Virus record (IMG/VR): IMGVR_UViG_3300047558_000077
Span: 108,365-172,364 of that record
Length of the DNA stretch: 64,000 bases
DNA from: a virus
Direction: 5' to 3' (one strand)
The notes under the pieces were generated by a model. The model searched no databases. It was not told where the DNA came from and saw only the letters and a list, made by a program, of their open reading frames with translations. The translations under genes were made by a program, and so were the position numbers. Shown piece by piece: positions 46,091 through 55,900 of this stretch. Within the stretch, counting starts at the first letter, position 1; each line of letters opens with the position of its first letter.

Positions 46091-47149
46091 ATGTCATTAG
46101 CAAACGTAGCACTCACAGATACATTTGACTATTGGAGAACGGTAACTAACTCGCTGGTTGTTGCTCTAAACGACACGCTGGTTTTCTGTAATACTTCCAA
46201 TGCCAACGCAGTATCGATTCCATCATCTATTTCAAGAACCAGTAATCTATACGTAAACATTCTCACATCATCATCTGTTAATGACGCAGCGCCAGGTAAC
46301 GTAGCTTCGGCACTGGTCGTTAATACTGTTCACGGATTGGCTCTATCTTACGTAGCGGCAGCCAATAGTAACGCCGGAATTTCGGTCGCTAGTGCTAATG
46401 CATGGAGTAATAGTGTAGCAGCTTCTGCTAACAATTGGGCAAATACGAAACTTGCAAACACATCGGGAATGTCGTTTGCTGGTAGTCTTTCGATACCTGG
46501 TACACTAACAATCTCTACAAATAACGTTATTGATACCAATGGCGGTAGATTTAGAACTGGCGCTGGTAACTTTGGTGTAAGAATTTTCCCTGGTGGTGGA
46601 ACAGATACATCCGCCAGTATTCTACAGTTCACTAATGCCGCACAAGACACACAATGGGGTTCTGTTGTTGCTAACGGACAGTTTATGTATGTCGGCACAC
46701 AACCTGGTGCAGGACCTCTATGGTTTGGTACAGTAGGCACAACTGGTCTTGCAATTGATACATCGAATAGAGTTGGTATTGGTACAGTTAGCCCCGCAGC
46801 AACACTGGATGTTGTTGGCACAGTTAGCATCGCTAAAGCGAGCGTTCTATCACAAACACTAACAGATGGTGCCACCATCAACTGGGACACATCTCTCGGT
46901 CAAGTTGCGACAATTACTCTTGGTGGTGCTAGAACAATGGCAGCACCAACCAATCTTAAAGTAGGCACATATATACTTCATGTGGTACAAGATGGTGTTG
47001 GAGGCAGAACGATAACTTGGAACTCAGTGTTCAAATGGCCGGCAGGCGTAGCACCAACACTTACGACAACAGCCAATAGAAGAGATTTGTTTTCGTTTGT
47101 TTGTGATGGTACAAATCTCTACGGATCATATCTACCGGATGTAAGGTAA
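46091..47149 (+). CDS. Tail fibre-like protein
   Basis: LTDTFDYWR..TN N-terminus; RVGIGT.SP...LDV.G; C-terminal LTDGATINWD...QDG.GGRTITW...WP.G.APTLTT. Confidence 0.75.
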   Translation: MSLANVALTDTFDYWRTVTNSLVVALNDTLVFCNTSNANAVSIPSSISRTSNLYVNILTSSSVNDAAPGNVASALVVNTVHGLALSYVAAANSNAGISVASANAWSNSVAASANNWANTKLANTSGMSFAGSLSIPGTLTISTNNVIDTNGGRFRTGAGNFGVRIFPGGGTDTSASILQFTNAAQDTQWGSVVANGQFMYVGTQPGAGPLWFGTVGTTGLAIDTSNRVGIGTVSPAATLDVVGTVSIAKASVLSQTLTDGATINWDTSLGQVATITLGGARTMAAPTNLKVGTYILHVVQDGVGGRTITWNSVFKWPAGVAPTLTTTANRRDLFSFVCDGTNLYGSYLPDVR

Positions 47150-47152
47150 TAA

Positions 47153-48349
47153 ATGTTCTTAGCACCTATTGTAAGACCGACTAGAATTGTAAATATCGAT
47201 TCATCAACAAACAATGTTGATCTATATGCACAGGCAGGCAATCCAGCTTATCCTGTCAATGTCCTTTGCTTTGTTAATGCGGCTGTTACTGCAACGTCAC
47301 CTTCGACACCAGCTTTCAGAACTGGTGGTTCATGGATGGGTGGCTCATGGATCTATATCGAAAATAACTCCACTATCACTGGACGTATTGGAAATACAGG
47401 TTCTCAAGGAGCTACAGGATCAACAGGCGCCACTGGAGCACATGGTCATCAAGGCTCTGAAGGTGCATATGGCGCAGGTGGTCACGGTGGTCATGGTGCT
47501 CATTCTTCCGCCGGCAGCACTTCTGGTGCTGGTCACGGCGGCGGCGGCGGTCCAGGAGCTACTGGAGGAACAGGAAATCAAGGTGGCACAGGAGCAACAG
47601 GTGGGCCTGGAGGAACAGGCGCAACTGGAGGCACTGGCGGTATTTCGTTTCAAGCAGATACAGCTACACTTGCCGCTCTTATCGTAAATAACAAAAACGC
47701 AATCATCGGCGGCACAGGCGGTCCTGGTGGTGCGGGTGGTATCGGTGGTCCTGGTGGTCCTGGCGGACCCGGAGGCGCAGGTGGCCATGGCGGCTGGGGC
47801 GGCGGAGGCGGCGGTGGCGGTGGCGGTGCAGCGCACGGTTACGGACAACATCAACATTGCGTTCCTTACGGTTGTCACGCACACGGCGGTCACGCTAACG
47901 GTGGTGGCGGCGGCGGTGGCGGTGGCGCTGGTCATGCAGGACATGGTGCTCCCGGCGGTGCAGTTCACTCAACGACTCATGGTCATGGCGGCGGTCATGG
48001 TGGAAATCATTATGGTGGCGGCGGTGCTCCTGGTGCAGGACATTACGACGGCAATCAACATCATGCTCACGTTCACGGTGGACATGGTGGACATGGTGGT
48101 CACTGGAATGCTGCGGGCGCTCATGGCGGTGCTGGTCACGGCGGCGGCAATCATGGCGGCCACGGCGGTGCACCAGGTGGCGGTGCTGGTGGTCATGGTG
48201 CTCAAGGTGCTACGGGTGCAACCGGGCCAACAGGAGCCCAAGGCGTTACAGGACCTACAGGTGCTCAAGGCGCTCAAGGAAATGCTATCGTAGGCAACTC
48301 AAACATTAGATACATTAATAACGGACACACATCCGGACCAATTTCATAA
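47153..48349 (+). CDS. gp38-like polyglycine adhesin, His/Gly-rich
   Basis: IENNSTITG, IVNN..AIIGG, poly-G runs, C-terminal GNAIVGNSNIRYINNG.TSG; G-X-Y triplets; about 30+ His. Confidence 0.65.
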   Translation: MFLAPIVRPTRIVNIDSSTNNVDLYAQAGNPAYPVNVLCFVNAAVTATSPSTPAFRTGGSWMGGSWIYIENNSTITGRIGNTGSQGATGSTGATGAHGHQGSEGAYGAGGHGGHGAHSSAGSTSGAGHGGGGGPGATGGTGNQGGTGATGGPGGTGATGGTGGISFQADTATLAALIVNNKNAIIGGTGGPGGAGGIGGPGGPGGPGGAGGHGGWGGGGGGGGGGAAHGYGQHQHCVPYGCHAHGGHANGGGGGGGGGAGHAGHGAPGGAVHSTTHGHGGGHGGNHYGGGGAPGAGHYDGNQHHAHVHGGHGGHGGHWNAAGAHGGAGHGGGNHGGHGGAPGGGAGGHGAQGATGATGPTGAQGVTGPTGAQGAQGNAIVGNSNIRYINNGHTSGPIS

Positions 48350-48364
48350 GAGGCTCAAAAAGAG

Positions 48365-48892
48365 ATGAACATTCATTACAGAGTAGTCAAAGTAGATCCT
48401 TCCGCACACGGTCTTGTCATTCGTTACTATACAGACAAAGTAACTGAAATGGATCTTGCCAATTCATTCAATGAAGATGGTTCAGTGAAGATGAATGCAG
48501 ATGGTTATCCAATTAGCACAAGAACCGATGTCTTCATGAGCATTTACGATATACCTGCACCAGATCAGCAAGAGATTGATAGACGTATCAAGCTAAATGC
48601 TCCTGTTGATTGGCTAAAGCTACAAGAAGATATCAAAGATCCAAACGTCAATACAAAGATGACCGAGTTGAGAAATCTAACGGGCGAAGAACAGACTTTT
48701 ACGACCCAAGATATTGATAATCTAAAAGTTAGCCTTGTTCCAAATACACCCATTGATGAGGCAGACGCAGCACAAAGTAACACACAAAGAGCATATGAGA
48801 CTGTGGTTAACTTCCTAGACTCAATCAAGGTGTTAGCTGAAAAAGATCCATCAATTGTTGAGGAACTAAAGAAAACCCTTAATACTATGTAA
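48365..48892 (+). CDS. Hypothetical protein (possible fibre chaperone)
   Basis: Directly downstream of the adhesin; GAGG RBS. Confidence 0.55.
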   Translation: MNIHYRVVKVDPSAHGLVIRYYTDKVTEMDLANSFNEDGSVKMNADGYPISTRTDVFMSIYDIPAPDQQEIDRRIKLNAPVDWLKLQEDIKDPNVNTKMTELRNLTGEEQTFTTQDIDNLKVSLVPNTPIDEADAAQSNTQRAYETVVNFLDSIKVLAEKDPSIVEELKKTLNTM

Positions 48893-48911
48893 TTCATACT
48901 TTGGATATATT

Positions 48912-49550
48912 ATGAGATATAAAAAAGTTAGCAATGACATTATGATGAGAAGAAGGATCACTCCTTCAAGTCTTGTCATAACAGAAGTTTTTGATAGTAA
49001 TGATATAAACCTTATAGAGTATTACTGTTCTCGAAAAGAAGGTGATCTAGCACAAGCAAAAGTTGCTAGTGACACAAATGATCTTAGAAAAGATATTAGA
49101 GAATCCAAGATAAAGTTCATCAAACGTGACGATGAGAATAGTTGGATTTTTCAAAGATTGAACGATTCCATAGATCAGTATAATGAAGATTTTTACGGTT
49201 TTGATCTATTTGGATATGACTATTTTCAATACACTGTATATGAAGGTGAGAAGAAAGGTCAATACAACTGGCATAGTGATCTTCTTTATGGCAGTGAATT
49301 AGGCGATACACTACACAATTCTATCACGAGAAAACTCACACTCGTTATGTTATTAAATGAGCCTGGTGTAGACTTTACAGGCGGTGAGTTTCAATTGAAT
49401 ACTGGTAAAGAGGACTCAGCAATAACTATAGACTTGAAAAGAGGTTCAATAGTTATGTTTCCTTCTTTTGTGCTACATAGGGTGAAACCTGTTCTTTCTG
49501 GAGTAAGAAAGTCTATCGTTATTTGGGTGGAAGGTCCTAAGTTTAGATAA
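48912..49550 (+). CDS. 2OG-Fe(II) oxygenase (prolyl-hydroxylase-like)
   Basis: FQYT.Y, WHSD, RKLT, F.GGEF, FPSF..H.V.PV..G.R.S.V.W..GP. Confidence 0.92.
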   Translation: MRYKKVSNDIMMRRRITPSSLVITEVFDSNDINLIEYYCSRKEGDLAQAKVASDTNDLRKDIRESKIKFIKRDDENSWIFQRLNDSIDQYNEDFYGFDLFGYDYFQYTVYEGEKKGQYNWHSDLLYGSELGDTLHNSITRKLTLVMLLNEPGVDFTGGEFQLNTGKEDSAITIDLKRGSIVMFPSFVLHRVKPVLSGVRKSIVIWVEGPKFR

Positions 49551-49551
49551 A

Positions 49552-49559
49552 TATAAATA
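49552..49559 (+). promoter_or_regulatory. T4 late promoter TATAAATA
   Basis: Exact consensus upstream of the 49584 ORF. Confidence 0.75.
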
Positions 49560-49583
49560 GTAAAAAGACGGAAAGAACCACCA

Positions 49584-49922
49584 ATGGCTGAATACGTAGA
49601 ACTTTTCATAGATCAAGGAAGCGACTTCTCTACCACTATCAATCTTAATGATGATAATACAAATCTTCCCCAAAACGTATATGGCTACTCAGTTTCAAGT
49701 TCTCTGAGAAGATCGCTGTTATCTCCAAACGCATCGGCATATCTATCGGCTTCCGTGTTCGATGCTGCAAATGGTGAGTTTCTACTTACAATGAACTCCT
49801 CAAACACTGCTAATCTACGAGCAGGTTCATACTTTTTTGATGTTAAGGTGACCGATACATCTAGCACTGTAACTAGACTTATTGAAGGTGTGATCTATGT
49901 TACTCCATCAATAACAAGGTAA
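49584..49922 (+). CDS. Small Ig-like/BppU-like structural protein
   Basis: L.IDQGSDF...T..L.AG.Y.FDV....RLIEG...VTP. Confidence 0.7.
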   Translation: MAEYVELFIDQGSDFSTTINLNDDNTNLPQNVYGYSVSSSLRRSLLSPNASAYLSASVFDAANGEFLLTMNSSNTANLRAGSYFFDVKVTDTSSTVTRLIEGVIYVTPSITR

Positions 49923-49930
49923 CCTAATTA

Positions 49931-52900
49931 ATGTCAATCAAGATTACAACTGGCGGCGATAACAAAGTCAACGTAGTAACCACACCAAAGAATAGAGTCC
50001 AGGTCACCAATGGTGGTTCTGGATCAATGGCGGGTGTAGCTCTCGCTACCGATTTACCACCAATTTTCATTCATGCTAACTCAGCTTTCAATACAGCTAA
50101 TGCTGCATATGGTTCAGTAAACTCTAACTGGACGGTGATGAATGTTGTCTATCAGACGACTAATGCTAACTACACTATGGGCAATGCAGCTTATATTGCT
50201 CTCAACTCAGCATATAACACCGTCAACGCTGTATATGCATCCGCTAATTCTAACTGGACAGTCCAGAACCTAGTCTATGCCACGGTCAATGCCAACTACG
50301 TTATGGCTAACGCTGGCTATGTAACACTAAACGCAGCATATGATACTATCAATGCGGTCTATGTTTCAAGTAACTCTAATTGGGTAGTCCAGAACGTTGT
50401 TTACGCAACGGTAAATGCCAATTACATAATGTCAAATGCGTCGTTTGTTGCTCTCAATTCAGCATATGACACTGTAAATGCCGTATATGCTTCAAGCAAC
50501 TCTAACTGGGTTGTGCAAAATGCGGTCTATGATCTGGCCAATACAATCTATGCTTCCGCCAATTCTAACTGGGAAGTCCAGAACCTAGTCTATGCTACAG
50601 TAAATGCCGCTTACGATTCTTCTAATTCGAACTGGGCGGTTCAGAACGCTGTTTATGACCTAGCAAACACAATTTATGCTTCGGCCAATTCAAACTGGGA
50701 AGTTCAAAATCTAGTTTACGCTACGGTAAACTCCAGCTATGTTATGGGTAACGCATCTTACGTTACCTTGAATGCTGCTTACGATACCGTCAATTCTGTT
50801 TATGATGTATCAAATAGCAACTATACTATGGCAAATGCCAGTTATGTTGCGCTAAACGCAGCATATGATACCGTAAACGCAGTTTTTGCTTCGTCCAATT
50901 CTAATTGGGTCATCCAAAACGTAATCTATCACACTGTAAACGCCGACTACACAATGTCGAATGCCGCTTACAGAACGTTGAACGTGGCATTTGACACAGC
51001 TAATGCATCGTATGACTCTGCAAACTCAAATTGGACAGTTCAAAACACACTATACGAAACTACAAATGCTTCGTATGTTATGGGCAATGCTGCATATCAC
51101 ACAATCAATGCTGCATATGCTTCTATCAATTCAAACTGGACCGTTCAAAACGCTCTTTATAAAGTAGCCAACACTGCATATGATTCCGTCAACTCTAATT
51201 GGACGGTACAAAACCTTGTATATGCTACAGTAAATTCTAGCTATGTTATGGGTAATGCCGCTTATGTGGCATTGAACTCTGCTTACGATACTGTAAACGC
51301 TGTATATGCTTCTTCAAATTCTAACTGGGTTGTCCAAAACCTAGTTTATGCGACCGTTAATGCTGCTTATACACTATCAAACGCAGCATACGCTAATGCT
51401 AACTCACTAGCAATCGGTGCCAACAACTGGACAAACACTGTAGGTATGTCAGCAAACTCATATGCTGGCTTCATGGCAAACTCTGCCAATATCTACACAG
51501 AAGCAACTTATGTAAAGCTATCTTCTCCATCACTACAGCTAATCACTAGCGATCTAGGAATTGCTGGTAATCTATTCGTTGTCGGCGAAGTAACTTACGC
51601 TAACACAAGACAGCTACAGGTTGGTGATAACATTATCACCCTAAATGCTGATCTACCTCTAACAGTACCACCAATCGAAAACGCTGGTATCGAAGTCAAT
51701 AGAGGTAATAAGGATTCTAATGCTGCCTTACTCTGGATCGAGTCATCGGAAAAGTGGGGCTTTACAGGTAACGTTGCTCAGTCAATCTCCACCTTTATTG
51801 CTTCTAACACCGATCTAGGCAAAGTTCATGATCTAACTAATGCTGTTTATGCCTCTGCAAATTCCAATTGGGTAGTGCAGAACCTTGTATATGCAACTGT
51901 AAATGCCAACTATACTATGGCAAATGCAGGCTATACAACTCTCAATGCAGCCTACGATACTGTCAATACTGTTTACGCTTCTGCAAACTCAAATTGGACA
52001 GTTCAAAATATTGTATATGCAACAGTCAACGCCAATTACACAATGGCGAACGCTGGTTACAATACGCTAAATGCTGCATATGATACTGTCAATGCTGTTT
52101 ACGCATCGGCCAATTCTAACTGGGCAGTCCAGAACTTAGTCTATGCGACTGTCAATACAAACTATACAATGAGCAATGCCTCATATGAGGCGCTAAATGC
52201 TGCATACGATACAGCAAACGCAATCTATGCTTCAAGCAACTCCAACTGGGTTGTTCAAAATCTAGTTTACGCTACGGTAAATGCCAATTATGTTATGGCT
52301 AATGCAGGCTATGAGACACTAAACGCAGCATATGCCACTCTAAATGCTGCATATGATACGGTCAATGCCGACTATGCATTTACTAACTCAGCATATGCTT
52401 CTATCAATTCCAACTGGGAAGTCCAGAACCTAATCTATGCAACTACTAATGCTGCATATGTTATGGGTAATGCTAACTATGAAACAACTAATGCGGCTTA
52501 TGACACCGTAAATGCTGTTTACGCATCAGCCAACTCAAACTGGACGGTACAGAACCTAGTTTATGCTACAGTAAACGCTAACTACGTAATGTCTAATGCT
52601 GGTTACGAAACACTAAACGCAGCATACGACACAACTAATGCAGTCTATGCTTCTGCAAACTCCAATTGGGTTGTTCAAAACCTTGTATATGAGACTGTCA
52701 ATGCATCTTATACGCTAGCCAACGCTGCCTATGCAAATGCTAACTCACTTGCAATTGGTGCAAACAACTGGGCAAATACAAAACTAGCAAACACAAACAA
52801 CATTTGGTTTGATGGTTCGCTAAACATTCCACAAGACTTGTTCATTGGTAGAAACATCACCAATGTTACACAGGTAATCTTCAACACAGGAACAAACATC

Positions 52901-55900
52901 AATCCTAATGTTCCTGGCGCTATGACATGGTCGCAAGATGAATTGACATTGCGTTTTGATATGGATACACCAGGCAATGTCATTCAACACATTGGTCAGG
53001 ATCTATTCTATCTTGTCAAGAACCAGACTGGCGAAACTATTCCAAAAGGCACTGCCGTTAGATACGCTGGCACCCTGGGTGCTTCTGGTAGACTACTGAT
53101 TGCTAAGGCTACTGCTAACAATGCGTATCCATCAAGATACTTTATGGGTCTTACCGCAGCCGCTATTAATAATGGCGACGATGGATTTGTTCTAGCAAGA
53201 GGTAAACTAAAGCAACTTAATACTAACGGTTTTAGTGAAGGTGATATTCTGTATCTTTCTCCAACTGTTATTGGTGGTCTACAGAATACAATGCCATTGG
53301 CACCAAACAATAAGATCACTGTTGCTGCTGTTATCAACAAAGGTACCAATAACGGTTCTATCGAAATTAGACCTGCATTTGGTTCACAACTTGGTGAAGA
53401 TGAACTAGTTGAACTAAATGCTCTCGCTAATGGCGATTTCATTAGATATAACTCTGCAACACTTCGCTTTGAAAACTTCAATGAGAATGACACTGGCCCA
53501 GCCATCAATGCTGTTGCGGCATTTGCTCATTCAAACTCTGTGGCGATTGCTGCCAATGCGTGGTCAAACACAGTAGGCACCGCTGGTAATAACTATACCG
53601 ATCACGTTGGACTATCTGCCAATAGCTATGCTGGCCATATGGTCAATAGTTCTAACTCATATGCTAACTCTACATATGTCAAGCTGATAGATGGTCTGCA
53701 AACGATTACTGGCAATATTGATATCACTGGTAACGTTAGCATTGAGAAAAATCTATATGTAACAGGTAATGTTTTCTTCACCGATTCGACTACACTACGA
53801 ATTGGTGATCCACTAATCTATCTCGCTGCCAATAACTATGCTACCGATCTTGTAGATATCGGCTTCATCGCTAACTACGTAAACACTGGCGGCGCAAACG
53901 TTCACACCGGTCTATACCGTGAGCATATAACAAAAGAATACTTCCTATTCCAAGAGTATTCATCGGAACCAATCGGTAATCATATTGATCCGTATGGTAA
54001 CAACTTTACACTAGCAGTTCTAAATGCTGATCTAATCACAAACAATCTTGCTCTTGCTGGTGCGAATGCTATCAACTGGATTTCCAGTGCATTTGATAAA
54101 GCTAACGCAGCATATGTAAATGCTAATGCAGTATCAATCGGCGCTAACACATGGGCTAATACAGTAGGTATTGCTGGCAACAACTATACTGATCATGTCG
54201 GTGTATCTGCCAACGCATACATGCTATATTCAACCACATCAGCCAATACATACGCTGGTCATATGGCAAATAGTGCCAATATCTATGCTTACGATGTTGG
54301 CGTTGCTGGTAACTCATTCACCGTTTCTATTGGACTAGCTGGTAATTCATATACACAGCAAGTCGGTACTGCCGGTAACAACTATACTGATCATGTAGGA
54401 CTTTCCGTAAACACATATGCATCAATCCTTGCTGCTAACAATGCAGTCGGAGCAAATGCATGGTCAAACCTAGTCGGTCTATCAGTCAATACATATGCTT
54501 CTATTCTAGTAGCTAACAATTCCGCTGGTGCTAACGACTGGTCAAATACAGTTGGGCTATCTGCTAATAGCTACGCTGGCTTCATGGCCAATAGTGTCAA
54601 TGACTGGATTAGCATTGTATCACTAGCAGGTAACAATTATGCATCCGTTCTAGCAGCAAATAACGCTGTTGGTGCTAATGCATGGGCTAACACAGTCGGT
54701 GTTTCAGGTAATGCGTATACCGACTTTGTTGGTCTTTCAGTAAATACCTATACATCAATTCTAGCCGCTAATAATGCAGTAGGCGCAAACAACTGGGCCA
54801 ATACTGTTGGTGTAGCAGGTAATAACTATACTGATCACGTTGGTCTTTCTGTCAATACTTACGCATCTATCTTGGCTGCTAACAATGCTGTTGCTGCTAA
54901 TGGATGGGCAAATACAGTAGGTATTGCGGGAAATAATTACACTGATTATGTTGGTCTATCAGTTAACACCTATGCATCGATACTTGCAGCAAATAACGCT
55001 GTCGGAGCAAACAACTGGGCTAACACTGTTGGCACATCTGGAAATGCTTATGCAGACTTTGTTGGTGCCTCAGGCAATTCTTATATGCTTGCTGTCACAA
55101 CCGCAGGCAATAACTATGCATCTATCTTGGCTGCTAACAATGCAGTCGGTGCAAATGCATGGGCAAATACTGTTGGTGTAGCTGGTAACAATTATACCGA
55201 CTATGTTGGCGCTTCTGGTAACAACTATACTAACGCAGTAGGTATCGCTGGTAACAACTATACAGATTATGTTGGTACATCTGCCAATACATTTGCCGAT
55301 GCGACATACTACAAGAAGACTGGCGGTCTAATTAGCGGTGATGTTGCAATCACCGGTAACCTAACAATCTCTGGTGAAACAACCTATGCTAATACACAAC
55401 AGCTACAGGTTGGTGACAACATTATCACTCTTAATGCCGATCTACCACTTTCTGTCACACCTATCGACGATGCTGGTATTGAAGTAAATCGTGGTGATAA
55501 GAACTCTAATGCAGCCTTGCTATGGATTGAAACAACAGAACAGTGGGGCTTCACTGGTAACGCTGCACAGTCTATTTCGACATTCATTGCATCAAACACA
55601 CTAGTTGAGACATATGCTGTAGCAGGTAACAACTATACCTTTAACACAGGTATTGCCGGTAACGCTTATGCTAACTATGTTGGATCATCTACAAATGCAT
55701 ATGCTACCGCTACATACGCAACACTATCAAATGTAGCGATTGTCTATAACACATCTAACGTTGCGTTCGATACTGCTAACGCAGCATTCGCTGTGGCCAA
55801 TAATGTTGCACCTCAGATTGCGCCATCATATGGAACAGCTAACAACGCATATGATACTGCTAACGCATCATACACACTAGGCAATGCTGCATACGCCACT

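Noticed and set aside
47214-48293. Several long alternative-frame and antisense ORFs over the Gly/His gene
   Set aside because: Artefacts of GGN-rich low-complexity coding that lacks stops in other frames
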